Notes under the pieces: model-generated | Seen by the model: the letters and a program-made list of their open reading frames with translations, nothing else | Told to the model about the DNA's origin: nothing | Database searches by the model: none | Shown here: piece by piece, positions 9,630 through 22,600 of the stretch | Numbering within the stretch: position 1 is the stretch's first letter | Layout: each line of letters opens with the position of its first letter | Assembly (NCBI GenBank): GCA_027923505.1 | Contig: BROI01000032.1 | Location: 62,001 to 126,000 of the forward strand | DNA: 64,000 bases | Direction: 5' to 3' | DNA from: Mayamaea pseudoterrestris | Taxonomy: Eukaryota | Made by a program: the position numbers and the translations under genes

Positions 9630-12555
9630 CTAAACGTCAAAACGCGGATAAAAGCCGCTGGCTGGTTTCGACTTTGGCTTGACATAAGGTCTGCCCGTTG
9701 CATCATTGGACTCTGGAATACTTCTCATCTTGTTGCCTGCACGAGGCTGATAGTCGCCTCGATCCGCTTCAAGCTGCTTCCTTGCCTTGACCATTGACGG
9801 ACTGACAGCATTGCGAAGATCTTTCGTCGCCAAACTGCCAAGTTCAACATCCGGCTTGCCTTCGACGCGCTCAATTTCGTCCTGCAACTCTGCAGCCGTC
9901 TCCATAAAGGTATGAATGTCGACAATCTCGCGACCCAGCGGATCCTTGATTCGCTTCTTTCCCTTCGACTTTGGCTTTTTCACCGGCGCCTGTCTCCACA
10001 AAAATGGCCATCCAAGAATGTAGGGATTGAAGATAATGGGGACGACAAAACACATGAGCGCCAGCAACATTGCCGGCCCAGCAAAGAGACCGGGTCCGAG
10101 GAGCGGCGTCGGCAACACGGCGGGGTCCCATTGTGCCTCCTGCAAGACAGTTGCGTAGGCGAGGCCGGCAATGATTAAAGCAAGCATCCAGCTGCCAGTG
10201 TTGAACTTGATCGTCTCCCACAGTGCGACACATCGAGTAATCGTAATGGAGTCCTTGTTCGTTGCACCAACAATTCCCGGGCGCGACAACAAATGGTCCA
10301 TGGATCCCAAAAAGTAAAATGTCAATGTTGCCACCGAATAAAACATGAACTGAAAGAACATGCAGTAACGAATCATGACAAAGATGAGGTATCCCGGACC
10401 AAAGTACTTCTTGCGATACTCAGGAAACAAGAGCTTATTATTGATGTAATGCATTCGGAGGATTGAGACGATAAACGTGAAGTACCCCAAAACGTAGTAG
10501 ATCACCCAGTTGAGAATGATAACGCTGGCAGGCGAAAATGCATATAGACTTTTCACCTCTTCAAAATCGATCAGACGAGTCACCGCGGCAGCCGTAAAGA
10601 CAATTAGGTAGGCTCCACCACTCGTGTACGAGCAAAGGTAAGCCGTCAGAAAAATCTTGTAGTATGACGGAATATCGCACGAGAGAAATGTGCGGAACAG
10701 CGGAGTGAATATGCCATGACCCAACATATCCGAGAATTGGTTAAAGACAAGCTCATGGGCACCGAGAGCAAACTTTCGATGGCGACCAGCTTCCTCGTCA
10801 AACGTTCGCGTAATTCCTTCCTCAAACTCAGTATCCGGATACGCGCAGTACCGTCCATTGAACCCAAGGTTGTACAAGTGTATCATGAGTTCAAAATCTT
10901 CAGAAACATGCGACTCGCTCCAATACTCTGTGCGATTTTCCGCCTGCAAATTGCTAAAGCCAACTTGATCAACCGGCAGAAACGGCAATCCGATATTCTG
11001 TAACCAGCGCTGCGCCTTGCGCAAAGTGCGCATGCGCCCGCACTGCTTCACCGCCTCTGTACGCAAAAAGATCGAGTGACCCACGAGCGGTGGGTGACAT
11101 CCGAGAATACTACTCAGCAAAAAATGACCTTGATACAGAGCGTCCGTGTATACTGCTAGCATTTTCGTAAAGTACTGCTCATTGCGCTGATCGGACATGG
11201 TTTTCGTAGCATGCTGGGTAAATCCAAGGTTCTTGTCGTTTAAAAACTCAGGAACAGTCTTGAGAATAATAGTCTCCGCCATTCGAGCATCTGCGTCATT
11301 AACGCAGATAAGGTGTCCCAACTGAATATCGTTTCCAAACATGACGTAACGCGATCCATCCTCATTGTGACTCTCCTGCATGAGTGCCTGGTCGAAGGAC
11401 ATGCCCGCGTCGGGGTCTTTGGCCAACTGCCACGCACCAAGTGCCAGCCGCAAGTGACTGTTCAAGTTGGATGCCTTCTTGAACTTGCCGCGACGATCGA
11501 CCGTTGAGCGTGCAACAAATCCAATGCGAAAATGGTAGTAAAAAACCATGCGATGAAAAACTTCGTAGACATTCTTGCTGCGCAATCCCTTCAAATGGCG
11601 ACGACTTGCTCGAGGAACTCGCTTGAGCAGCTGCGACAGCTTCATCTGTCGGCCCTGTGTCTCGCAAATATTCTGTGAACATGAAATTATAAGTTGAGTT
11701 TGATAATTCGAAAGAAAGTGCACAAACTGTCAATTCTATATTTCCAAAACATACCTTCCATAGCATTTCCGCCGCTGGAAAATTATCGCGCAGCATGGCC
11801 ATCATTCCATCGTCGCAAATAACAATATTAACTCTCGAACCAGTCTCCCTGACATAGTGATCCCTCGCCGCCATGCACGAGTTGAGCGTCGGCATCAAAA
11901 CTTCCTTGAGCGACTCCTTGTAAACTGGAATCTGAATGGTAACGTCAAGCCATTGCGCATTCGGAAGTTTCGTTTCCGGAATGATACTACAGTACTTGGT
12001 GTTCGTCTTAAAGGCCTTGGCTGGAATAAAGCACTTCATGATAGAGCCGATAATGAAATAGGAGTTCCAAAAGAGACCAAAGAATGAAAGCAAGGCGAGA
12101 ATGACTTCCACGACAATGCGGCCAGCCGAGTTGTAGTACCAAATGGCCGAAAACACCAAGTACACAATCCAACCAAGCGTCAAAAAGCACGCCATGGTAC
12201 TCGCGTACTTGGCAATTGCCAAAGGCTCCGCCGGACGATTACTCGGAATATTCATAGGCTTGGAGAATGGACTACCCGGAATCAGCGAAGCGTCTTGGTC
12301 CAGCAGTCGCTTGTGCGGATTGTTAAAGTATCGGGGACCCGTGGGAATGTCATCCTCGTCTCTCGTGTGGCCAATATGCGAAAAGAGCGAATCATCGTCA
12401 TCGTAAATGGCCTCATCGTCGTCTTCAAAGAGAGCGTCAAGGTCAACGGGTCCAGTGCCGCGGCCGTTTGCTTGCTTGGAAGGCTTCATGCTGCTTGGGT
12501 TGTTGTTGTACGTCATTTCAACAGCGTCTGATGCGTGATGAGGCTTGCGCGACAT
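9630..12555 (-). CDS. Multi-pass glycosyltransferase family 2 (Glyco_trans_2_3-like) protein; 2 exons
   Basis: Two ORFs are joined by a GT-AG intron at 11673-11754 (…MLWK|NICET…). Motifs include IQIPVYKE, ICDDG, FKKASNLN, NDADAR and WSESHVSEDF. TM helices flank the catalytic domain. Confidence 0.85.
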
Positions 12556-13225
12556 GCCTGTAGATTAAAGAGGCTGAAGAGTGGTTTCAGATGCAAAGGC
12601 TCTATCTATAACAACTTTTGCAAGCGTGCGCCGGAAACGGAAAGATGGACCGACGAACAAGCGCGCTTTCAAGTCGTTTCAAGGCAATGCTCTTTCGCTC
12701 CGAATGTTTGTGTGCGTGCAGATTCAACCGATCGATTTCGAAACGCAAGCACTGCGTTGCCGGTTAGAAACAACATGTGCCTCCTACCGCGACTCGAACG
12801 AGGCTTAAGTAGAGTTTGCCTCGACTGCCTCCGCGGGACGTCAACGCGCGCAAGCCGATCCTTCCTGATCGTCCCACAACGTCACTTCTTTTCATCGACT
12901 GCGCCGCGGTCTTGGAAGATAGCTAAAGTACTGAAACGGACATGTCTCTTACAACTTATAGTGCAACGCCAAGAGGGGATCAATTCATCAACAGCGAAGA
13001 TAGGTCGTGAATCGTTAAAGATGAGCGGGCTAAAGAAGTTTTGTAAATTTCCGGCAGAACTTCAAACTCTCCTCCATGCTTAAACCCTTTGCCAATATTC
13101 ATTGCATTTCTGAACCACAACTTAGTTCTACCTCATGAAGGACTATATTGGTAAATAAGAAGGTACAATTAAAGTACTAATATGCTTCAAACTTATACCA
13201 CAGGCTCCACCGTGACCATTTACTG

Positions 13226-14023
13226 TTAGTATAATAAACCCCTTGAATCATGCTGACTGTCCGTATGCTGCGCATTGGCATAATCCCGAAGCGCCAAAAG
13301 CAGCTTCTCAAAGTTGGCCAAGACAACGTGTCGCATCAACGTGGCATTCTTGGCGAGCATAACGTTGCAGTACGAAACGTAATCGGGGTCTTCTGGAGTC
13401 GTGGCATAGTAATTGTGTTTGACTTCCGTCTTGTCGTCGTCACCCAGCTTGGTCGTGACCGTTTTTGTAGTGATTAAGGTCACGACGGGAGCCAAGACAT
13501 CATTGAGTCGAGGACTGACGCGAGCTGCAATCTGTTCCTGCGAGCGAACAAGTTCATTGGAAAGCATGGAGAGATTTTGATCCGCCGCACCACTTCGATC
13601 CGTTCCCCAAACGTAGGTTGCTGGTGCGATGCATGCCAAGAGTAAATGAAACTCTTCCAGAATGGTTTGAAGTGCCGTCGCCCATGCTTTGATTGCAGTT
13701 CGGTCGTAATGAATCGTTTCGCCATTGGAATCAGTGGAAGCGAGAGTGGTCAGCGCACTGACGACTGGCGGAGAGTCAGTCGTCGTCGAGCTCTCTACCT
13801 TCACGTCGCCTTCACTGAGCAAGAATCCAGACTCTGGTATGGGAGGAAGCGTGCGACATAATTCTGCAATGCGATTGTAGACGTCCTGAAGGCTGAGTGG
13901 AGCATAGTCCGAGTTGGCAGCATGCTCGAGCGGACTAATCTTGGTCGAGAGTTTCAAGCTCTTTGCCGGAGGAGCGGCTGCTGATGAAGGTTTGCGCTTC
14001 TTGGACGAGGCAGCAGACGACAT
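13226..14023 (-). CDS. Hypothetical protein with a basic N-terminal NLS-like KKRK
   Basis: ORF from ATG 14023 (MSSAASSKKRKP) with a globular helical central region. No family recognised. Confidence 0.65.
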   Translation of the reverse strand: MSSAASSKKRKPSSAAAPPAKSLKLSTKISPLEHAANSDYAPLSLQDVYNRIAELCRTLPPIPESGFLLSEGDVKVESSTTTDSPPVVSALTTLASTDSNGETIHYDRTAIKAWATALQTILEEFHLLLACIAPATYVWGTDRSGAADQNLSMLSNELVRSQEQIAARVSPRLNDVLAPVVTLITTKTVTTKLGDDDKTEVKHNYYATTPEDPDYVSYCNVMLAKNATLMRHVVLANFEKLLLALRDYANAQHTDSQHDSRGLLY

Positions 14024-14239
14024 GGCGCAGTTTGGTGGAGTAAATAAAGCAGACTGATGGATCAACTAAAGATCTTTTGCGTCATCGTCCTTGCAGTGGA
14101 ATTCATTGGATGTGCGCGGCGCTGCCGGCCCGCGCGCGCCGCACCGTTAATCCGGGTGTCTTTCCATTCGCCGCGTCGCAGCTCGTCGCTGCACAATGGA
14201 ACCCACTGCTTTCTCTGTCATACTCTTTTTGGCTTCACC

Positions 14240-15268
14240 ATGGCAGCTTCTGCACCGACTTTGGAGATTGATCCCGCCTCGGAGCTGGAGTTTGTTCTCA
14301 GCCCAAATGAGACTACGTCTACTGCAATTTTGATTTTGCGTCATGCAGGCGGCATGGGCTCCATGGCATTCAAGGTTAGTTGAAGCGAATGCTGCTGTAC
14401 GACGCTCGCGAAGTCGTACTTGATTCATTTTCGTAATTGTCTCACGCTTGATTCGACATTTTTTTATTTGCAGGTCAAGACGACGCAGCCTCGCCGCTAC
14501 CTTGTCCGCCCAAACCAAGGATTAATTGCTCCAGGAGGCTCGGAGGAAGTCCAGATTATGCTCGTCGAGAAGGACAAGCAGGCCCTTCTCCAGAGCTTTG
14601 AACGTCTCGGACAGACTGCCCTCGATCACTGCAAGGACAAGTTCCTCGTCCAGAGCTGCGGAGTCAGCAATGACTTTGAGACGGAGTATAATGATGCTTG
14701 CGGAAAGGACGCTGCCATGGGATACGACAAGCTCAGCTCCATGTGGGCGACTGTCACGAGCGAAACTGGCGCCGTCGTGGCGAACAAGAAGCTCCACGTT
14801 CGCCATGTAGCTCAGGGCGGAAGCAAGACTGCTGGTAGTTCCCCGGCACTTGCTACTCCCAAGGAGCCTTCCAAGCCAATTGACGAAATGAATCAAGAAG
14901 AACTCAAATTGGAACTTCAGAATTTGCGTCGAAAGTATGATGAGCTTGTTGCCTTTTCGGTGAACTTGACGGCCGAGCGCGACCTTATTAACAATGCACT
15001 AGAACAGACCAAGCGCGAGTATGATCGAGAGGTAAAGAAGTCGGCGGCGCAGCGAAACTCTTTTAGTTTGGCTGGCAATCATGGTGGAGTGGGAGCGACT
15101 GCGGCTGCTGGGTACAGTACCTTCATGTTGTGTTTCATTGGTTTCCTCATGCTTGTCTTGGGAGCACGATACTCGAATGGATTGAAGATGGTGCCGATTT
15201 TTAAAAAGTTGTTGGGCGCTAGCGCCGTCGGGGTCGAGAACACCGAGGGCATAGCTGACGAGTTGTAA
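14240..15268 (+). CDS. VAP: VAMP-associated protein (MSP domain, coiled coil, C-terminal TM); 2 exons
   Basis: The intron at 14375-14473 joins AFK|VKTTQPRRYLVRPNQG, the MSP signature. Also CKDKFLVQ, a coiled coil and a tail anchor. Confidence 0.9.
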
Positions 15269-15663
15269 GCATGAGCCGGGGGTCGATGCAACGAGCCTTT
15301 GTCGCTGGCAAACAATGCTTTATTCCTGCAGAAGACACGTTTCGTTACACCATGTTACACCATCTTTATCAATATTCTATATCCGTTTAATTCTGCGTTT
15401 CAAAGTTCTTGATTATGTAGATGCTGTAGCACGTAAGTGCTCTATACCGGTCGAGGACAAGCCGGAAGTAATTTTGGGATCAATAAAGTAATCGTATTTA
15501 AATGTCGTTACAGTACGTATATACAAACCAGATAAAACTAGCAGATATGTAACAGAAAATCATGTACATTGCCTCCATGTCCTTGGTGATTTGAATGATA
15601 TTGAGAGCTGGAGAGCAACGAGCGACAAGCGAAAGTATCGCTCCGTTCCAAACCAAGTCAGAA

Positions 15664-16802
15664 TCACTCCGCTTCGACCGAGCTCAAGCCATCCATGACA
15701 ACCGTCCACTTGTGAAGAACAGCTTGTAATATTTGGTCTTGAACCGTGGTCGACCCAGGCATTTTTCCGTGAAGCGTTTGCTGCAACAGTTTCAAATGAC
15801 TCTTGCAGGACACTTGAATTGTTCGCTTCGACATGTCGACAGTCACTCGACTTGGCGGCAACTTTCGTTCACATGTTGGTACGTGAAAGAGTTCCTGCGG
15901 CGACTCGCCGTTCAAAATGGCAGTGTGCGTTCCGTGCTGAAGGCAGGCGGAAGCGTCCGTCACGTACGTTGTAGCAGCGGACACTGACTGCGACCCTGTC
16001 CAATGAACCATTGATTTTCCGACCAAAACAGACTTTGTTGTGTCTGTCGATGTTGCATTTTGGTTTTGGTACTGCTGCAGGGACTTGACAGCCAGTGGAT
16101 GACATGGAGATCGAAGCTGAATGTAAACTTGCTTTTCGGAGAAACTCTCTTCGGTCGAATCGTTTTCATTCAATGTCAGAGCAAGTGCTATTAGTACTGG
16201 CCCTGGCCAAAGCTTTGTCGCCAGTCGCTTGGTGACTTCAAAAGTCTCGTTAAAGGCAGCAATCGCCTTGACTTGACCGTCCTTTCGAAAGGCATATTGA
16301 CGTGTTGGAAAGAGCGATTGGTTCGCTTCGAAAAGATCTTTGAGTGAATGTTCCGTGACGTATACATGAGGCTGCTGCTCATGCTTCGACAGAGTCGAAG
16401 TTGTGAACGGCACTTTGGTCATGAGGGAAACACTCTCGTAGGTGCATTCCGTCGGAATGGCGACCGTTTGGCCGATGACCAAGCGACGGGCGATCTCCCG
16501 CACCCCAATCACCGTCGGCTCAACGAGCATGACGGAAGATGATCGTCGAATCATTTTGGATGGTCTAGTCTGTAACGGAAAGCGAAAGACAGTGTACGTG
16601 AGACACAATCGACAGTCGACACCAAATCATTTAATCATCCATTAGCAAAATACATTTCACTCACCGCTTGCGATCGAAGCGCGATGCGTCTCTTGCGCGC
16701 CTCTGCCGCTGCTAGTCGGTGCGACTCCTGCTGCTTTTGGGCAAGGTTCTCTGCTCCCGACCATTCGGGTTGCAGTGAGGACATTGTTGGTGTTGTCATC
16801 AT
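15664..16802 (-). CDS. Divergent YrdC/Sua5-fold protein; 2 exons
   Basis: Exon 1 at 16802-16665 (MMTTPTMSSLQ…RSQA) is spliced via the intron at 16570-16664 to TRPSKM…. VAIPTECTY, LWPGPV and LRSPCHPLA match the YrdC fold. Confidence 0.6.
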
Positions 16803-17756
16803 GGTGTCGATTGCTTGTTGCGCTGCTTGCTTTTCGCTTCACTCAGCTTGCTTTTCTTGTTCGATTGTCACGCAAGGTTGCCAACGGGTCGCGGCGTTTT
16901 CATTGGGCAATTCGCCGCATCATCGTTTCGATATATCTTTGGTGACTGGCTGCGAGGTCGGCTAAAGATCTCGCACAGTGATACGCATCCGAACGTTTCT
17001 TACATGTGAGTTCTGTTAATTTCGAAAGTACGCAAGAACCATCTGCGACGCGCTTATCGACGCGGCGTTACTTCAAGTGCGTGTTCGCTTTCTGATTTAA
17101 GCTCAATAGGGGCGATTGCGAAACAGCAGGCAAGGCTACGACTATTACAAGATGTTGTATTGTAAGGGTAGCTACTGTAACTACAGAAGTTTACTTCCTT
17201 CAGGCGCCGCAAAAGTGAAGCTATAAGTGGTAGTGTATGCTACCCTTTTCAACTAACATTAGGTCGTAGTTCACGGGCTGCAAACGCAAGACATCCTCCT
17301 TCCTACTGTATTCTCCAGTGTGATGAGAAGTGCGGACAAACTATGCTATTGAACTTCTCATTGACAATCTGACAAGCAACACTTAACTCACAGGATCGCG
17401 TGCCAGAACGTTGAGATGGAACGCTGACGCAGCGATGATGAGCTGGCGACGCTTTCGTGACGCCATTGAGTCGATGTCAAGGTGGGTGTCACGCTGCCCA
17501 GCATCGTCCCTCCGGTAGTAGCAGATTGGACAATCGGATAGCTAATCTGGACATTACATATCATTACTGTAGCAGTAAGCAGCAATACAAGCCCCAGAGG
17601 CCGACAGCTACAATGAACTATGACCACAGGGGCTTGGAACAAGGCAAGTTTTTTGGTATAAAAAACATTCAAAATCTTACTGACTCTTGCGCCTACGGTG
17701 TACAACACAAGATTGCAGTGCTCGTCTCACTCATTCATTCGTCGCATCACCGCTCC

Positions 17757-19385
17757 TCACATATTTAGGTCAATCACAGGCGGGAAACCAGTGTGCACTG
17801 CTGCGAGAATGTGGCGCACGTCATTGACCGTTGTTCGCGCTGAACCGCCTTGTTCCAACAGGCGTTTCGGCAGTGAAATTGACGACTCCTTCCCAAGATG
17901 TTCAATGGCTTTGTCCAATGCTGCGTTTATATAAACCAGGCTCTCCCCATACCTCGACATTTCCTCTGGCATGCTCATGACATGTGGTCCCCGACTATGT
18001 ACTTCTCCCGACAGGATGCATGTAAATTCTCGGTCAAATTCAATGCGATATGTCCACTCGGCGCTTCCCTGCCAAGTTGTTCCATAATCTTGCTGCCACG
18101 TGATGCTCCCCCGAAATGACGTGCCGTTCACTTGAATGTTACGGAATGGAACTCGACATGGAATTGGCGCGCCATTGTCGAGTGGTGGCCAATCCGCCGC
18201 TGCAGGGTGCTCATATGAAATGTAGACGCCGTCGCCAGGGGAAATGAAATGGTACGATGCGAGCCCAACCGTAAAGTTCTGGCAAAATACATTGCCCCAA
18301 ACCGAGTCACTCTTGTAGGTTGGCGGTTCGCGTAGTTCATTGCTTATGCGTCGATAGAGCAGCCCCCTCCCAATGTAGACAACGACATTAGGCACCTCGG
18401 AAACGTCCACGGTTTTTCGCACCCACCGTCTGTGCGGGAGCTGATGATAGTCGATAAAATTCCATACGATAAATTCTCCAACGTTCGGTCCCATCGGCTT
18501 TCCGGTCCAATCAAACGAGGAGCGAAACAATGGTTCGCCATTTGCATCAATGCATTCAATCGCGTTTTCTTCTCGATACATTTTCAGCAAGAAATCTGGC
18601 GTACCATCATCAAAGCTGGCAACCATGCCTTTGACCACGACAATTACCGATCTAGTAGTCCCTATACTTTCCCAAAGACCATCAAGAGGATAGTGTCTCC
18701 GAAAATGTTCAGGACTATTGAATCGCGCTGGAACGTGATGGTACATTCCTGATCGAATGTACGAATAGTCGGCACTAAAGCTCAAGTAGATATTGGTTTT
18801 TTCGTACTGATACCCAGATGGATATACCATGTGACCAGCCAGTGTTCGTGATGAAGCATGGAAATGAGCAGCTTGTACCGGCAAAGTCATCTTCAGGTGG
18901 CTTTCTGGTAAACCTCTCTCGTCACCTTGCGAAAGGTCATAGTAAATAGCCTCCCTTTCAATGCCATTTCCTTTTCCATCGTCGACGCCTTTTCCGAAGC
19001 ACCAATTCCCGCATCCGCGATCCATTCCATCCTCGGGTTTGCTGAATACAGCATTGACAAGGTCATTTGGAAGCGGAAAGGCCGAGACCTTCTTAAAGGG
19101 CACTTCCTTCGTCTCGCAATCAACTAAGTCGAAAAGATATACTTTCGCTCGACAGATTGAGCATAATCCAAGGGTGGGAACGCCAATAAGGTCTCTTGAA
19201 TGCTGATTTGAGGGAGTAACATGCATGGGACGACTGTGCTTCAAAAGACTTTGCTCGAAGCAAGATCGACATGCAGCATGGCCACAGGGAGGCGCTAGAA
19301 GGCGTTTTTGCGGATCATTTTGCCCATTACATTCTTCGAGACAAATGGGACAGCTTTCAGCTTGACTAGAATTTGCTTCACTCAT
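17757..19385 (-). CDS. C3HC4 RING-finger protein with an aromatic beta-rich domain that appears duplicated
   Basis: CPICLEEC…PCGHAACRSC…CSICR at the N-terminus of an intronless 542-aa ORF. Confidence 0.8.
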   Translation of the reverse strand: MSEANSSQAESCPICLEECNGQNDPQKRLLAPPCGHAACRSCFEQSLLKHSRPMHVTPSNQHSRDLIGVPTLGLCSICRAKVYLFDLVDCETKEVPFKKVSAFPLPNDLVNAVFSKPEDGMDRGCGNWCFGKGVDDGKGNGIEREAIYYDLSQGDERGLPESHLKMTLPVQAAHFHASSRTLAGHMVYPSGYQYEKTNIYLSFSADYSYIRSGMYHHVPARFNSPEHFRRHYPLDGLWESIGTTRSVIVVVKGMVASFDDGTPDFLLKMYREENAIECIDANGEPLFRSSFDWTGKPMGPNVGEFIVWNFIDYHQLPHRRWVRKTVDVSEVPNVVVYIGRGLLYRRISNELREPPTYKSDSVWGNVFCQNFTVGLASYHFISPGDGVYISYEHPAAADWPPLDNGAPIPCRVPFRNIQVNGTSFRGSITWQQDYGTTWQGSAEWTYRIEFDREFTCILSGEVHSRGPHVMSMPEEMSRYGESLVYINAALDKAIEHLGKESSISLPKRLLEQGGSARTTVNDVRHILAAVHTGFPPVIDLNM

Positions 19386-19613
19386 GTTTCAGCGCCGTGA
19401 TTATTGCTTCTTTCGCTCGCTCGTTGCCTTTTTGTATCGCGGCATCGCTGCGCGTCGAGTTCGCAAAGACCATTCGTGTCACAGTGAAAACCACTGCGAT
19501 TAAAAAATGTCACGATGTCGCTTACGTGGGCCTGGTACATTTTCTACGCAGGGATGTGCTTCCTCCAATGACAAACCAACCGTCAGAATCTTCAAAAGCC
19601 GACTGACGTGACC

Positions 19614-22600
19614 ATGGAGGCACCCAGCGGCTCAATTGAGCAGAAAGTTGCTACAGACATGGAAGAACTTGAACCAATGGAGAGTCGTGTTCTCGAAATG
19701 GAGCCGACGGACGAAAATCCGGAAGAGTCCAATGACGAGGCAATGACGAAAGTCGATGAAGCGATTGCGGCTCCATCCGAAGCAGCAAGCATCAAGGAGG
19801 AGACAATGAAAGCTCCAGAGACTCCAGCTTCGCGCAAGGAAGCTATTTTAGGACGACTTTCCAAGTGGAGAATGAACAGTCCTGTCGTTGACAACCTCAT
19901 TACAACGACGCAGCGACGAGTCGCCAGCACTGGCGTCTTTGCAAGTCCTCTTAGTTCGGCCAGGCTCAGTCCAGCGCACAGTACTCCGAATAAGAATGAC
20001 TTGAAGCAGGATACTTCGAAAAATGATACAAAGAAAGAAAGTTATTTTGTTCCGCAAAATGACCAAAGTCTTTTGGAGGAGGAATACGACGACGACGACG
20101 ATTCTTCGGCTGCCGAAACAGCGAGTGACGCCGGTTCCTTTGTCAGTCAATCCACGCGGACCAGTGGAGGTTCGTCCACCTTTCACTTAGCGTGGGCGGC
20201 TGCCTCGGTCGTGGACTCGGTCCAAACACAGTTTCGCGGACGCTACGCGTCCGGAGGAACCAACGCAAAAACCCTGTTACATCCAAACATGATGGCGCAT
20301 CCATCCAGCAAAAGCATGACGACTACCAACACGCAACTATCTCGCATGCTTTCCAGCTCGCAACATAATCATATTCAGACGCTGGTGAATGACTTGGCGA
20401 GTCATCAGTACATGATGCTGCTTGGTCGCGGAATGCTTGGTGTCAATCTCAAGCAATGCTACTTGCGCAACGCTGGCGTTTATGTTGATTACCTTGTGCA
20501 AGGAGGAGCGGCCGATCAGACGCGACATGTCTACGTTGGAGACTTGCTGCAGAAGGTTGGGAGTGCGTCGGTCGAAAAGGGAACCATTTTGGAGATCCCA
20601 AAGCAGATTGCTAACGCCAAGCGTCCGCTCCACTTAATTTGGGCAACAGGGACACCTACTTCTGCTGAACGCATGACTGCTATTGATGTTTGCGTTGGAT
20701 TGATGCACCATAATCAAATGCAAAGAAAAGTTTACGATGAAGAGGAAGACGAAGATGATGATGATGCCGCGGAATTTAAGGAGCCAGGCGTTGTTGTTGA
20801 TAGCACTGGTGACTCTTCACAATTTACAAATGGCTCCGACTTTGTTGAGGAAAAGAAATCACAGGAAGAAGCGGAGCCAGCTGCTTTGGAGCAGACACAG
20901 TCGGGCGGATCGGATGTGTCAACGAAAGCAGATACGGGACATGCTGATCTACGCAACATGTCGATTTCCGTCAAGAATGAGTCGAGATTAAAGAATAATG
21001 TAGAAGACACTCAGACAAACATTGAGATTACCTACTCACACTCCATTGATGGTATTTGCAACCCGATTCCATTGTCTTTGCAAGTGCGGCACGCTCTTCA
21101 GGGACATGCAACGAAGCGGAATCACGAAGGCTTTGACGCGCTGGACTTGGTGCAGGCTGCTGGATCGGACGCTAACTTTTACGCAGCGATTCAACATGGC
21201 TTTTTGGAGTGTGTGGCTGACGTTCGGCGTTTTCCATTCTTGGCTCGACACTTGTCCATGCTGGAAGATGTGCATTCCGATCCGGATCATGAGAGTAGCA
21301 ACGCCGTCAAGTCACCTAACGCCATGCTCATGCTCTTTTGTGAATTAGTCAACTACATGGACCTTTACTTGGTTACGCCAGACGAACGCAAATTAGAGAT
21401 TGCAAATAGCATTGCTTACAAGTTCTTTTTGCCCACGCGGTTGGGAAACGAGTTAGTTCCGCCAATGTTCGACTTTCATCAGATCGCACCCGACATGTCT
21501 CTCCGAAAGCTTGAAGCGGCGCTGCATGCAAACGACAAGACCGCCGTTCCACGTGACATATTCTTTGACTTTGCAACTGCCGCCATGGATTCGTTGACAG
21601 GCTACCCATTTTTGTCATTCCTGACGTCGCCAGAGTGCGCTCGCATGCGCGCGTATCTGCGCAATGTGGCTCCGTTTATGAACCTGCCTCTAGATCAAGT
21701 GCTTACCGCAGCATCGACTGACCCGTCGGCAAAGAACTACATATATTATATCATTTTATTCCTACTCAGCTTGACGGATAAAGAAGGATTTGGCGAACAC
21801 GATGATTTATTAAGTAAAGGAGATGGCGTCCGAGTGGAACATGCCGTTGGCGGTATCTGTGCCGCGCTCTTCATCAATAGCGAATTACTACCGGCTCTCG
21901 CGAAAGCTGAGGACGACGCAACGATCATTCACCGTTATGAGCAGCTCTGGGAACATTTTGTCGATCCAAACTGTGGTGCTCTTGAGATTCTTCCGCACAC
22001 AGGAGGAGCCATTGATAGTCTCAAGGTGCTACGATTGTCGTTGGATCGTATCAAGTCGTCTTTTGCATCGGCGAGTGGCACTGTCGATGAGCGCAGGCAG
22101 CAACTAGTTACGAGTCTTGTGGATTCATCGATGAAGGGACTACTTGCCGACTTGGCTAATGATCTTGCTTTTGAATACGCAGCGAATCTTCATCCCAAGT
22201 TTCGGGAGCACAAATTTCACGAATGGTTGTGCTCTGAAATGGCCCTGGGCAAAAACGACAATGACAAATGCTTAGCACTCTCAGATCTGGCGAATGGTTG
22301 CATCAAGCGACTGCTCCGCAAGACAAATCTTCCTAACGGAGTTGCTCCGCATAAACCGACGCACATTAACGACGATGTTTCACATTCCGGCGAGGCAACT
22401 TCGGCTGGCTCTAAACATATCGTAGCGGAATATGCTGTCATTTTTGGCAGCGCTGATCAGTCCCAGGAGAGCAAACACAGCGTACAGCGATATGCTTGTC
22501 AGTTGCTCATCCCAGAACGAAACGGACTTACACCCGACGATGTGCCAGCGACTTTGGAAAGCTACGCTATCATGTCACCTCTTCAGTCGAAACCATTTAA

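Noticed and set aside
11362..11754. Apparent overlap of two minus-strand ORFs suggesting a programmed frameshift
   Set aside because: Fully explained by a canonical GT-AG intron at 11673-11754.
12535..13083. 182-aa plus-strand ORF upstream of the GT2 gene
   Set aside because: Non-ATG start and Arg/Cys-rich random-like composition; it overlaps the likely promoter/UTR.
16850..17750. Short ORFs and possible ncRNA in a long spacer
   Set aside because: No tRNA/snoRNA boxes, convincing hairpin or protein motif recognised.
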